A stretch of 64,000 bases of DNA from an uncultured Actinomycetota bacterium (GCA_963822135.1 CAWGGI010000010.1:129674-193673), one strand, 5' to 3'; shown: positions 10,498 to 20,725, counted from the first letter of the stretch. Numbers and translations are program-made. The notes: generated by a model not told the origin, from the letters alone.

Positions 10498-11586
10498 GTG
10501 GAGCCCGTTCCCACTCATATCGTCGTCACGTGCCCGAACTGCGGCTTCGGCAACGTCTTTCGGCAGCCCCATCCCTATCACGCGGGCATCGCCGCCCAGG
10601 GGTTCCTCTATAGCGGGGATGGGCATCGCACGTTGACGTGGAGCTCGTACGACCCGGAGTATGCCGCTATCGTGGGAAAGCAACTCCCCTGGGCTCTTCC
10701 GCCCGAAGACCGGAAGAGGTTGGAGGAACGGCTTGCACCGGCGCCCGACGGGTCGCGGTGGCTCTTTTCGAATCCGGCCCGCTGTCTGCAGTGCGGCTAC
10801 CCGATATCGGGGCCGATCACCGACACCATCTACTATCTGCGCTATGAAGGAAGTGTCGATCGCGATCTCGTGTCGAGTGGCGGCCTTGGGATCAAGGATG
10901 TGCTCGTCCCGCGCCGGCCGACGGTCCCGTGGAACACCCGCGACGTATGGCTGGGGGTTCTCGCCGCTGTCCTGATAATCGCGGTTTCGTACGGCATTCT
11001 CATCGTGCTCGGCACTCTCTCGCTCGAGCTCGATATCGACCTGTGGGTCGGGCTGGTCCCGACCCTCCTGGAGCTGCTACTCCTCATCCCCGTGTGGTGG
11101 TTCTCGGTACGCAAGTACCATGCATCCCTCCGAACGCTCGGCTTCGTTGGTTTCAGGCCCTCCGTTCTAGGTGTGGGGCTGGCGCTGCTCTTCGGCGTCT
11201 ACATGTTCAACGGCGTCTACGCCTATCTGCTCGACGGCTTCGGCCTGCGGGTGCAGACCGATCTGACGCCGGTCGTGAACGAACTCTCGACCGTGTGGCC
11301 CCTGTTCTTCGCTACCGTGGTCGTCGCCCCTGTGACCGAAGAGATCTTCTTCCGCGGTTTCGTTTTCGCCGGGCTGCGCTCGCGTTACGACTGGCGCTGG
11401 GCGGCAGCGATCAGCTCCGTCCTGTTCGCCGCAGCGCACCTGCAGCTCACCTTCTTCATCCCCGCGTTCTTGCTGGGCTACCTGTTCGCGTTCCTCTATC
11501 AGCGATCGGACTCGATATGGCCGGGGCTGATCCTCCACACGGTGGTGAACGCCCTCGCGATGAGCCTCACGTTCTTGCTGGCCTAA
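10498..11586 (+). CDS. CPBP (CAAX) family intramembrane glutamic endopeptidase with N-terminal double CxxC zinc-ribbon-like domain
   Basis: Intact 362-aa ORF. N-terminal CPNCG...CLQCG, then multiple TM helices, with VTEEIFFRGF and FAAAHL (CPBP motifs 1 and 2) and a later ILHTVVN. Confidence 0.8.
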   Translation: MEPVPTHIVVTCPNCGFGNVFRQPHPYHAGIAAQGFLYSGDGHRTLTWSSYDPEYAAIVGKQLPWALPPEDRKRLEERLAPAPDGSRWLFSNPARCLQCGYPISGPITDTIYYLRYEGSVDRDLVSSGGLGIKDVLVPRRPTVPWNTRDVWLGVLAAVLIIAVSYGILIVLGTLSLELDIDLWVGLVPTLLELLLLIPVWWFSVRKYHASLRTLGFVGFRPSVLGVGLALLFGVYMFNGVYAYLLDGFGLRVQTDLTPVVNELSTVWPLFFATVVVAPVTEEIFFRGFVFAGLRSRYDWRWAAAISSVLFAAAHLQLTFFIPAFLLGYLFAFLYQRSDSIWPGLILHTVVNALAMSLTFLLA

Positions 11587-11958
11587 GTTGGATGGGTTCA
11601 GTCGGGCCCCAAGAAGAAATCGAACGTCCCCGTCTGGATGCCGTTCTGATCGGAGAACGTCACGAAATTGGCCGGCGGCAGGGCCGAGCGATCATGTCGG
11701 TGTCGGGTGTGGTGCCGTCGCCGGGCATCGCCGGGACGATGATCTGGGTACCCTTGACCGGAGCCGCGGAAACGGTCGCGGCAAACTGGCGCCCGAGGTG
11801 CCAACGTCCAACCAAGGCAGGAGAGGGCTCGCGGCAGAGCCAAGATAAGCTTGCGGGCAGGTCGGCTCCTGGATGCGCGGCGCTTAGCTCGCGCGTTGAC
11901 GCCCCATCTCTCCCGGGTTAGGATGTACATGTACACACATTTGACGGCAGTGGAGCCG

Positions 11959-12192
11959 ATGATCACCAGGATCTTCAAGAACGGCAACTCTCAGGCGGTG
12001 CGCATTCCCGCGGAGCTGGCCTACCAGCGCTCCGATCTCGACATGGAGATCGAACGCGTCGGCGATGAGATACGCATACGTCCGGCTCCGCGTGCCCTCG
12101 ACAGCGTGCTGACGAAGTTCGCCCTGTTCTCGGACGACTTCATGGGGCCGGGGCGAGGGGAGAACGTGGATTCTGAGCGAGACGCCCTGTGA
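11959..12192 (+). CDS. vapB: type II antitoxin VapB (AbrB/SpoVT-type)
   Basis: MITRIFKNGNSQAVRIPAEL... is the classic SpoVT/AbrB antitoxin N-terminus. The stop overlaps the vapC start (GTGA). Confidence 0.8.
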   Translation: MITRIFKNGNSQAVRIPAELAYQRSDLDMEIERVGDEIRIRPAPRALDSVLTKFALFSDDFMGPGRGENVDSERDAL

Positions 12193-12603
12193 GACCGCGC
12201 TACATGCTCGACACGAACATGTGCATCGACCTCATGAAGCACCATCCCCCTGAGATAGCCGCACGCTTTTCGCAGTGCTATGTCGGCGAAGTCGTCATCT
12301 CGGCCATTACGCAGGCCGAGCTGGAGTACGGGGTGGTCCGCTCGGGTGATAACGAAGACGGAGAACCGAGCGGCCCTGGCCTTGCTGCTCGAGGACATTC
12401 CTCCAATCCCGTTCGACGCGTCGGCGGCCCGTGCCTACGGTCCCGTTCGGGAAGCGACCCGTGATCGAAAGCGTGACGCACTCGACAAGCTCATCGCAGC
12501 GCATGCGGTTGCGTTGGACGTGGTACTTGTCACGAACAATCAGGCCGATTTCGCCGCCTACCCCGGCCTAACGACCGAGAATTGGGTGGCTGCGCAGGTG
12601 TGA
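12189..12603 (+). CDS. vapC: type II toxin VapC, PIN-domain ribonuclease (1 frame change near 12355)
   Basis: RYMLDTNMCIDLMK...ISAITQAELEYG then (+1) AALALLLEDIPPIPFDASAARAYGPVRE...LIAAHAVALDVVLVTNNQADF. Resembles enteric VapC/MvpT-type PIN toxins. Confidence 0.8.
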
Positions 12604-12666
12604 CCTGGCTTCAGCCCGGACGCACTCCGGGCCGCGTGCTTCTCGCGTGCGCCAACGTCAGCTTGG

Positions 12667-13435
12667 TCAGACGATGTCCAGACCCCCGTCCACCGACAGC
12701 ACGTTGCCCGTGACGAACGAGGCCTCGTCCGAGCACAGCCAGATGACCACGTTGACGACATCCTGCGGGTCCCCCATCAAGGCCCGAGGCGGGCCCTCTC
12801 CCTCTTCCATGCAACTCAGCATCCGATCGGACATGCCGGTTCCCTTGGTGGGGCCCGGAGCCACCACGTTCACCCGGATGCCCTTGTCCTTGTTCTCCAG
12901 CGCGGCCACCTTCGTCAGCGTGACGATCGCCGCCTTGCTGGGGCTGTAGGCGCGCGAAACCGGGCTTGACACACAGGCCGGCGGTCGAGGAGGTGTTGAC
13001 GATCACGCCCGAGCCCTGGAGCCGCATCTGCCGCAGCTCATGTTTCATGCAGAGGAACACACCTTTGAGATTGGTGTCGACGACCGCGTCCCAATCGGCC
13101 TCGGTGAGGTCGGACAGCGGGCTGAAGGGGATGGTCACGCCGTCCGGGCCCACGCCCGCGTTGTTGAAGGCGATGTCGACGCTGCCGAACAGCTCCAGTG
13201 CCTTCGCCACCATCGCGGCCACGTGGGCTTCGTCGCGCACGTCGCAGCAGACGTATGCGGCCTCGCCGCCGCCCGCTTGGATCTCGGCCACGGTCTGCTC
13301 CGCTGCGGCGATGCTCCGGGCCGTCGCGATGAGGACCCGCGCACCCTCCCGGGCAAGAGCGAGCGCGGCCGCTCTGCCTATGCCGGACGCTCCCCCGGTG
13401 ACGATCGCAGTCTTGCCTCGAATACCTGTCGCCAT
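12667..13435 (-). CDS. SDR family oxidoreductase (1 frame change near 12965)
   Basis: GKTAIVTGGASGIGRA (TGxxxGIG), NNAGV, then after the frame change YSPSKAAIVTLTK (YxxxK) and NVVAPGP. Paralogue of 52987-53769. Confidence 0.8.
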
Positions 13436-13440
13436 GATCC

Positions 13441-13869
13441 CTATTCACCCTCTCGTTCGTAGGCCTTCGTGCCCGTCCCCGTGGAGAAATGGAAGATGGG
13501 CCTGTCGACCCGGAGGAAGTTCATGGGACAGTGGTCGACGCCGGCCGGGATGAATACCAGACAGCTCTTGGTCAGCAGGTAACGTTCGTCTTCGAGGTAG
13601 AGCTCTATCTCGCCGTTCAATTCGAGCGGGTGCTCGGGGTCGCCTCCCATGAACGCGAGGACCTCGTCGAAGTCATGGGTGTGCTTCCTTGGGGAGTACT
13701 TGGTGGGCTTGTGGAACCAGTGGGTCTCCACGTAGAAGGCTCCGGGGATGACGGCTCCATCGAGATAGGCCATCGCCGACATGACATCCGGGCCGTCCTT
13801 GATCTCGTAGCCATGCTCCTCGGCCATCGGCAGGGTGATGATGTTCTTGGCGAATCTCGGTCCGGTCAT
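13441..13869 (-). CDS. uncharacterised metal-binding cupin (family recurs at 54260-55818)
   Basis: Intact 142 aa. Cupin motif 1 is HTHDFDEVLAFMG (HxHxxxE). Motif 2 is FIPAGVDHCPMN (PxGxxHxxxN). Lies 5 nt upstream of the SDR on the same strand. Confidence 0.6.
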   Translation of the reverse strand: MTGPRFAKNIITLPMAEEHGYEIKDGPDVMSAMAYLDGAVIPGAFYVETHWFHKPTKYSPRKHTHDFDEVLAFMGGDPEHPLELNGEIELYLEDERYLLTKSCLVFIPAGVDHCPMNFLRVDRPIFHFSTGTGTKAYEREGE

Positions 13870-14089
13870 GTCCGCGGCCTCCTCCTGCCGGCCCGTGAGG
13901 GCAGTGTGTCGAAATGGTCAAGATACTTATCCGATGTTCCCCATTATCCACCGTCCGGGCGACTTCAGGGACGCGGTCAGTCTCGCGGCTTGACACGTCA
14001 CGAGAACGCCCCGTAGAGTCACGCCCGTAGGTCCGTGGACGGCCGCCGGATCGCGCCCCGTGCAGACAGACGGCCGCAAAGGAGGAGCC

Positions 14090-14904
14090 ATGACCGGCCC
14101 GGCATCGGACCCTTTCAAGCCGCTCCAGCTTCCCACCGGGGAGAAACTGTGGATCCCGGCCGACCTGGATCTGCTGTTGCCTACATTCGGCCTCAGTCGA
14201 TCCGGAGTCTCTGCACTATCTGGCCTACATCCCCTGGGATCCGGGTTATCTCGACCGCGTCGATCCCGCCTATCGCGACTTCTTCTCCCTGGTTCTGCCC
14301 TATCTGCACGTGCGTACCACCGATGTCCAGGTGGCGACGTGTCTGCCCTACGCCCGAGAGCTGATTGGGGAGCACCCCGGACCTGTCGACGAGAGGGTGG
14401 TGTACGTCGCCTTCATCCTTCACGACTCCGGTTGGAGCCAGATGACGGAGACCGAGATAGCGGCCAGCCTGGGAGTCTCGGGTCTGGCCCTCTCGGGCGA
14501 GCGCGGTCGCGCCCAAGGCCAGGCACGTGGAGCTTGCGCGAGATCTGGCCGAACGTCTGCTGAGCGAGTACGCGTTCGATCCGCCGCTCACAGCCGAGCA
14601 GACCGGGATGATCTACACGGCCATCCTCTATCACGACAGGCCGGAAGAACTGGCGGCGATGGGAGGGGTGCCCGCCTCGATACAGGTGGTCTGCGACACC
14701 GACCATCTGTGGTCCTTCACTCACGAGAACTTCTGGCAGGATACCGTGAGGAAAGGGGTGGACCCTCGTGCCTACTTCGAGAACCTCCGCCGCGATCTGG
14801 ACAACTACTTCGTGACCGACGTTGGCAAACGCAGGGCTGCTCTCATGCTCGAGGAGCGCAGGGTGGAAGTGGACTCCTGGAGGGAATGGGTCGGTTCCAG
14901 CTAA
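14090..14904 (+). CDS. HD-domain protein (putative metal-dependent phosphohydrolase), 2 frame changes
   Basis: ATG 14090 follows AAGGAGG. YLHVRTTDVQVATCLPYARELI..VAFILHDSGW (H..HD) and VVCDTDHLWSF lie in frames 2>0>1. Confidence 0.5.
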
Positions 14905-14941
14905 CGGCGGATGGGCCGTTCGTGCCGGTGCCGCCGGTTCC

Positions 14942-15643
14942 CTAAAGGCGCTCCGCAGAGGCGCTCGGTGGCAGGGCTTCGGCGGCGCCGCAGGAGATCG
15001 CCCGGTCGCCTCCTAGGAAGCTCGCGATCGAGCACTTGAGCTGTGCAAAGACGGCGTCGTCGGTCACCCCGAAGTGCAGCATGTTCGTTGGGCCAAAGAA
15101 CACCAGCCTGCCGTGCAGCACCGCGGCGTACAGGGCGTAAGCCATGCCGATGGCCTCGTCCGGGTCCGGGTGTTTGATCTCGTCGCGGTGGGCAGCGAGC
15201 ACTGCCGCCAGCGCTCGGCGGCGTTCCTGGTTCAGTTGCTCACCTTTGTGGCGCATGACGGGGTCGAAAGCCGAGAGCATCATCATCGCCCGGTTCAACT
15301 CCCGCTCGCTGAGGGCGTGGTCGATCAGGATGCCGAAGGCATGATGAACCGCCGCCTCCAACGTCTCTTCAACCTGCGCCTGCGCTTGGAGAGCTGCGAG
15401 CGTAGAGGGCTGCAAGCGGGCGTGCAGGCGTTCCTGCACCGTGTGCAGCAGCGCCGTCTTACCCGTGAAACGGGCGTAGAAGGCTCCGACCGAGAGTCCG
15501 GTGCGATCGAGCACACGCTGGACGGTGAAGAGGTCGAGCTCCTCTTCGCGAAGCTGGTCTTCGGCAGCCGCGATCAGCCTCTCCAGAGACTTCCGGCCGG
15601 GCTTGCGGGCAGGCCTGTGGTAGGTGGTCTCAGTGACATCCAC
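14942..15643 (-). CDS. TetR/AcrR family transcriptional regulator
   Basis: Intact 233 aa. The N-terminal HTH is [28 protein letters not shown]. Divergent from the sugar ABC operon. Confidence 0.85.
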   Translation of the reverse strand: MDVTETTYHRPARKPGRKSLERLIAAAEDQLREEELDLFTVQRVLDRTGLSVGAFYARFTGKTALLHTVQERLHARLQPSTLAALQAQAQVEETLEAAVHHAFGILIDHALSERELNRAMMMLSAFDPVMRHKGEQLNQERRRALAAVLAAHRDEIKHPDPDEAIGMAYALYAAVLHGRLVFFGPTNMLHFGVTDDAVFAQLKCSIASFLGGDRAISCGAAEALPPSASAERL

Positions 15644-15669
15644 GGGACGGATTATAGACGACGCTCAAG

Positions 15670-15727
15670 GTTAATAGAATATTGATTCTGTTAACTTGCG
15701 TCGCGATGACAGAATCTGTATTCTGTC
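15670..15727. promoter_or_regulatory. two palindromic operator-like sites sharing the core AGAAT-N4-ATTCT
   Basis: O1 at 15670-15695 is GTTAAtAGAATattgATTCTgTTAAC. O2 at 15708-15727 is GACAGAATctgtATTCTGTC (perfect 8+8). Both lie in the TetR / binding-protein divergent intergenic region. Confidence 0.55.
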
Positions 15728-15776
15728 AGGCGGACCACCTGGTCCGTCGGACAACGCAGGAAGGGGGAACGCAACG

Positions 15777-17013
15777 ATGAAGCGTCTATGGATCATATTG
15801 GCGATTTTGGTGGTGGGGTCTGTGCTGCTGGTAGTGGCCTGCGGTGAAGCCGAGGAAAGCACTACCACCGGCGCGCCGACCACGGGGGCTCCCACGACAG
15901 GGGCTCCGACCACGGGAGCGCCCACCACGGGAGCGCCCACGACGCAGGCCGGCACCGGAGAGAAGCCGGTCATCGGGCTGTGTCTGCCGGCGCTGGACAA
16001 CCCGCTGATGCTGGAGATCAAGGACACCTTCGTGGAGTACTTCGGCGAGGACTATGACGTTCAGGTCTCCAGCGCCGACGGCAATCCCAACACTCAAGCC
16101 AGCCAGGTTGAGAACTACACTGCCATGGGTGCGAAGCTCCTCACCGTCATGGCGGTAGAGGCTACCAGCCTGCTGCCGAAGCTCGAGGCCGCACGTGATG
16201 CCGGGGTCTTGGTACTTGTTATCGGGGGCGAGCCCGGGGAGTCTGGCCGCGATGCCGTCATGAAGATGGACCAGTTCCTTGCGGGCGAATACTGCGCTTT
16301 CATGGGCAAGACCTGGGTCGAGAAGACCTTCCCCAGCAGCCGCGGCCGGCTCAATCGAGACGGCGGTGTTTACCTCTTCGCTGACGACCGAATCGGTTCA
16401 GCGCTCGAACGGACTCATGATGATCAGTGAGCCCTATCTCAAGAACTGGGAGGGCGCGTATATCGATGCTACCGGGACCCCCATCTCCGACTCCAAGGGC
16501 GCGTACGTCGCGGGCAAGTCCGACGCGGACAGGGTGGCAAACCCGGTCTTCTGCCCCGCAGTGAAGATCGTTCAGACCCCGACTGCGGAAATGTACCAGG
16601 CCGGACAGACCGCCATGCAGAACGTCCTTACCACCAACCCGAACGTGAAGTTGGTGCTGGCCTACGCGTCTGACGGCGGCAACGGCGCTTCGCAGGCCAT
16701 CATGGACGAGTTCGCCAAAGGGTCAACGAGCGTGGTCAAGGATCTCAACCAGATGGCCGTGTACGGCGTCGGCATGTTTGGGCCCGAGGGTGACGCCATC
16801 AAAGCGTCCGGCGAGGGCAAGAGCGTGTTCCGTGGCGCCATCGCCTTCGGCGGGGGCGACCTTCCCCAGGCTACCGCGGATCTGGTCAACAAGATGCTTA
16901 TCGGCACCGAGTTCCCCGAGGTCACCTGGGATGCGCTTGCCATCGCCACCCTTGTCGACGGCCAGCTCGTGATCAAGCCGATGGCCAATCAGGGCGTGAT
17001 CGTCGTCCAGTGA
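15777..17013 (+). CDS. sugar ABC transporter substrate-binding lipoprotein (periplasmic-binding-protein type I), 1 frame change near 16340
   Basis: Signal plus lipobox MKRLWIILAILVVGSVLLVVAC, a (TTGAP)x5 linker, then KPVIGLCLPALDNPLM..; continues in the +1 frame to VIVVQ*. Confidence 0.75.
15864..15938 (+). repeat. 15-bp tandem repeat x5 encoding the (TTGAP)5 linker
   Basis: ACCACSGGNGCNCCN repeated head to tail, in frame, inside the binding-protein gene. Confidence 0.9.
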
Positions 17014-17139
17014 TCCGGCAAGGATAAGAACGAAACAGGCCGAACCCCCCTGCAGTGGGCTTCCGGGCTTGGGCTCCCGCATTTGGAGGGGCCAAGCCCG
17101 GAGCCCGTCGCTCGAGGCAGCGCCACAAAGACTCTGAAC

Positions 17140-17928
17140 ATGGCAGAAGACTACATAGTCGAGCTGAAAGGCATCTGCAAGCGCTTCGGCAGCATCGATG
17201 CTCTCAAGGACGTCGACCTCGAACTGAGGCGCGGCGAGATCATGGGGATCGTCGGTGACAACGGGGCCGGCAAGTCCACGCTCATGAAGATCCTCTCCGG
17301 CGCCTACATTGCGGACGAAGGAGAGATCTGGGTGGACGGGCGGAGGGCTCACATCCGCAACCCGCAGGACTCGACCGACCTGGGCATCGGCATGATCTAT
17401 CAGGACCTGGCTCTGTTCAACAATTTCGACGTGGCCAAGAACATCTTCGTGGGCCGGGAGTACACGCGGGGGCCGCTCAACCTGTTCCTCGACAAGAAGC
17501 GGATGTACAAGAAATCCGAAGACCTCATCCGCGAGCTGAAGGTGGACATCAAGTCGCCGCGCCAGAGCGTGCTGACGATGTCTGGCGGTCAGCGGCAGAT
17601 GGTCGCCTGCGCCCGAGCCATCGCTTTCGAATCGAAGATCCTCATCATGGACGAGCCCACGGCTGCGCTGGGCGTGACCGAGGCGAACAAGCTCCTCAGC
17701 CTGATACGCAATCTGGCGGACGGCGGGCTGTCCATCCTGCTGATCACCCAGCGCATCCCCGACGTGCTTGCGATCGCCGACCGCGTGTTCGTCCTCAAGG
17801 GCGGGATGAGGCAGGGGATCCTCAAAGTCGGCGAGGTGACCCTCGACGACGTCGTCACGCTGATCGTCCGGGGCAAAGACCGGGTCGAGGACGCTCCGTC
17901 GGATGTCACGTACAAGTCGTTCGGGTGA
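17140..17928 (+). CDS. sugar ABC transporter ATP-binding protein (single NBD)
   Basis: Walker A GDNGAGKST, signature MSGGQRQ, Walker B ILIMDEPT. Intact. Confidence 0.85.
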   Translation: MAEDYIVELKGICKRFGSIDALKDVDLELRRGEIMGIVGDNGAGKSTLMKILSGAYIADEGEIWVDGRRAHIRNPQDSTDLGIGMIYQDLALFNNFDVAKNIFVGREYTRGPLNLFLDKKRMYKKSEDLIRELKVDIKSPRQSVLTMSGGQRQMVACARAIAFESKILIMDEPTAALGVTEANKLLSLIRNLADGGLSILLITQRIPDVLAIADRVFVLKGGMRQGILKVGEVTLDDVVTLIVRGKDRVEDAPSDVTYKSFG

Positions 17929-17962
17929 TCTACAGACAGGACCGCATGAGAAAAAGGCACAC

Positions 17963-19003
17963 ATGACGGACAAGCCCCAGACACCAGAACAGGCGCCGCA
18001 GGCGGCCACACAGCCCCAGGTGGGCGGACCGACCGGTACGGGGCGGCGCAAGGTCGACTGGGGCTTTCTGCGCAAGTATGCCGTCCTCTTCGTCTTGCTC
18101 GGCTTGGTTGTGCTCTTCTCCATCGCTAACCCGCAGTTCCTCACCGTCCGCAACCTGACGAACATCGTCACCCAGAACACCTACTTCATCATCGTCGCGA
18201 TCGGTCTCGCGTTCGTGCTCATCTCCGGGGGCATCGATCTTTCGGTCGGCTACCAGATGTCCCTCGTGGGGGTCATCATGGCGATGATGATGACCGAGTG
18301 GGGGCTGCCGGTCTGGCTGGCGCTGCTCACGGCCATCGTCCTGGGTACGTTCCTCGGAATGATCAACGGGCTGCTCGTCACGCGCATCCGGACCTTCCCC
18401 CTGATCGTCACCTTGGCCACCGCGGTGATCTTCCAGGGGATCTCGTACATGGTCTCCCAGGCCCGGACGTTCCGGGACTATCCCGAGTCATTCCAGGCCA
18501 TCACGAAGACTCGGTTTCTCGGCATCCCGTTGGACGTGTATCTGACCGTCGCGATCGTCGTCATCGCCTCGATCGTCTTCTATCAGACCAAGTGGGGGAC
18601 TCGGGTGGTCGCGCTCGGTGGCAACGAGGAAGCATTGCGCCTGTCCGGTGTCGGGACTCGGCGTCTCAAGACGCTCGTGTACACCACATGCGGCTTCTTC
18701 ACTGCCATCGCGACGATCGTCATGGTATCGAAGGCCAACTCGATGCAGTCGTCCTTCGGACCTGGGACTGAGTTCACAGCCCTTACCGCGGCCATTGTCG
18801 GGGGTGTGAGCTTCCTTGGAGGCGAGGGGAACATACCCGCTCTTGTCGCCGGCGTGTTCGTGCTTGCGGTGCTGGGCAACGGCATGCAACTTGCCGGCTG
18901 GAGTCCATACGCCCAATTCATCGTGAGAGGAATCATCCTGCTGGCCGCGGTGGCGTTCGACGAGTATCAGAAGAGTCTCAGAACAAGAACAAAGCACAGG
19001 TGA
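17963..19003 (+). CDS. sugar ABC transporter permease (ribose/CUT2-type)
   Basis: Intact polytopic membrane protein (..LISGGIDLSVGY.., ..FLGGEGNI..) directly after the ATPase. The start is taken at MTDKPQ. Confidence 0.8.
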   Translation: MTDKPQTPEQAPQAATQPQVGGPTGTGRRKVDWGFLRKYAVLFVLLGLVVLFSIANPQFLTVRNLTNIVTQNTYFIIVAIGLAFVLISGGIDLSVGYQMSLVGVIMAMMMTEWGLPVWLALLTAIVLGTFLGMINGLLVTRIRTFPLIVTLATAVIFQGISYMVSQARTFRDYPESFQAITKTRFLGIPLDVYLTVAIVVIASIVFYQTKWGTRVVALGGNEEALRLSGVGTRRLKTLVYTTCGFFTAIATIVMVSKANSMQSSFGPGTEFTALTAAIVGGVSFLGGEGNIPALVAGVFVLAVLGNGMQLAGWSPYAQFIVRGIILLAAVAFDEYQKSLRTRTKHR

Positions 19004-19009
19004 TCGACC

Positions 19010-19942
19010 GTGGATCCTTCTCCTCGACCTCCCTTCGCCCCGCCCCCTGGCTTCCCGGGGCTTGAAGGCCCGCCTCCCGACCTCCAGATCCCCGAGGCCG
19101 ACGTCAGTCACGTCGCGCGCAAGTGGCTGGACATCCCCTACGCCCACGTGTCTCCTGCCCAGCAGCTCGATATCTACGCGCCCGACACAGGTGATGGTCC
19201 GTTCCCGGTGCTATTCAGTATCCACGGTGGCGCCTTCGCGATCGGCGACAAGCGCGATATCCACATAGTGCCGTTCCTTCGGGCCCTCCCTCGAGGCTAC
19301 GCGGTGGTGAGCGTCAACTACCGGCTCAGTGGCGAGGCCGTGTTCCCTGCTGGCCTCCGGGACGTCAAAGCCGCCATCCGCTGGCTAAGGGCTCATGCCG
19401 ACGAATACTCGCTGGACGGAGACCGGCTTGTCGCCTGGGGCGGCTCCTCTGGGGCAAATTACGCAGCGATGGTGGCGGTCACAGCGCACGAGCCGCTCTT
19501 CGACGACCCCACCTTAGGCAACAAGCACTTCCCGTGCCACGTGCGCGCGGCGATCGATTGGTTCGGCCCTACCGACTTCCTGACCATGGACGAGCAACTC
19601 GCCGCGAACGGCCTGGGACCGACCGACCACAGTGAGGCCCTCTCGCCGGAGTCAAGATACCTTGGAGCGAAGATCACCGAGATCCCAGAGAGGGTAAGGC
19701 TCGCCAGCCCCATCACCTACGTCGATGAACACATGGCGCCCATCCTGATCCAGCACGGGTGCGCCGACAATCTGGTGCCCTTCCAGCAGTCCGTCCAGCT
19801 GGCGACGGCGATCGAAACGAGGGTGGGAAGAGAGGGGTTCGAGCTGGATCTCTTCAGCGACGCCGTGCACGACGATCCGCTCTTCGAGAGCGAGGAGAAC
19901 CTGGACAGGGTGTTCGACTTCATCGAGCTGCATCTGGCCTAG
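19010..19942 (+). CDS. alpha/beta hydrolase (carboxylesterase/lipase-like)
   Basis: Intact 310 aa. FSIHGGAFAIGDK, VNYRLSGEAVFP, AWGGSSGANYAA (GxSxG), IQHGCADNLVP. Last gene of the ABC operon. Confidence 0.8.
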   Translation: MDPSPRPPFAPPPGFPGLEGPPPDLQIPEADVSHVARKWLDIPYAHVSPAQQLDIYAPDTGDGPFPVLFSIHGGAFAIGDKRDIHIVPFLRALPRGYAVVSVNYRLSGEAVFPAGLRDVKAAIRWLRAHADEYSLDGDRLVAWGGSSGANYAAMVAVTAHEPLFDDPTLGNKHFPCHVRAAIDWFGPTDFLTMDEQLAANGLGPTDHSEALSPESRYLGAKITEIPERVRLASPITYVDEHMAPILIQHGCADNLVPFQQSVQLATAIETRVGREGFELDLFSDAVHDDPLFESEENLDRVFDFIELHLA

Positions 19943-20017
19943 GGAGGTCACTGACTCCCATTCGCGATCGCCCGGACTACACCTGCCGGCCTGCCCGCAG
20001 CCCTGGCGGCGAACAGG

Positions 20018-20725
20018 TTACTCTCGGAACGGCCTATCCGCCTCGTCGAGCATCCTGCTGCGAAGCTCGACTGCCCGGTCGGGGTCGCCCTCACAGATAG
20101 CCTCGATGAGCGGCCGGTGCATGGCCGGGATCAATACCGCGCGCTCGGCGACCGGGCGTAGATCGACAGGTGCGAACAGGTCCCCTCGGATCGTGGCCAT
20201 CGCGTTCTCCAGGTACCGGTTATGAGCGGCGGCGGCGAGGGCGTCGTTCAGCCCGAAGAACCATCGTACGAGCGCCGTACGGGTGGGCTCGGGTGGCTCA
20301 CAGCTGGCCTGCAAGATCTCGATGTCCTCGGGCGTGCGCTTCATCGCGGCCTGCCGAACCACCTCCAGCTCGACCCACCGCCTGAACTCGAGCATCTCTT
20401 CCAGTCTGTGGTGGTTGGCGTGCATCCAGTCGCGCCAGCGGCGACTGATGGTCTCGGCGTCGCTGATCCAGAAGCCACCCTTGGAGCCGATCCTGACCAC
20501 GACGAACCCAAGAGCTTCCAGGGCTCGGAGTGCCGTCCGCAGCGTCGGTCGCGAGGTGCTGAGCTGGAGAGCCAGCTCCCGCTCGGACGGCAACTTGTCG
20601 CCGGGGCCCAATTGCCCGGAGAAGATGAGGGCGCGGAGCAGGCTTTCGGTCTTGTCGCTGGCGGTGACCGGCTCGGTGTTTATCCCTATGTTTCCAGGGG
20701 GGAGAATGGTCCAGTGTGTCTCCAT
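20018..20725 (-). CDS. GntR/FadR family transcriptional regulator
   Basis: Start taken at METHW (cat 20723-20725). The HTH is LPSERELALQLSTSRPTLRTALRALEALGFV, followed by an FCD-type C-terminal domain. The longer track ORF to 21112 is antisense to the MBL gene. Confidence 0.8.
   Translation of the reverse strand: METHWTILPPGNIGINTEPVTASDKTESLLRALIFSGQLGPGDKLPSERELALQLSTSRPTLRTALRALEALGFVVVRIGSKGGFWISDAETISRRWRDWMHANHHRLEEMLEFRRWVELEVVRQAAMKRTPEDIEILQASCEPPEPTRTALVRWFFGLNDALAAAAHNRYLENAMATIRGDLFAPVDLRPVAERAVLIPAMHRPLIEAICEGDPDRAVELRSRMLDEADRPFRE

Noticed and set aside
10765-10790. The sequence ..TTTTCGAATCCGGCC.. resembles a tRNA T-loop (GTTCGAATC).
   Set aside because: It lies inside the intact CPBP coding frame (WLFSNPARC), and no acceptor or anticodon stems can be drawn around it.
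11587-11958. ORFs in the CPBP-vapB gap: 11588-11848(+), 11598-11987(-), and the 10929-11921(+) 330-aa ORF.
   Set aside because: They have no ribosome-binding sites and no family motifs, and their composition is Arg/Pro/Gly-rich. They overlap the CPBP gene out of frame or lie in a short intergenic region, so they are treated as non-coding.
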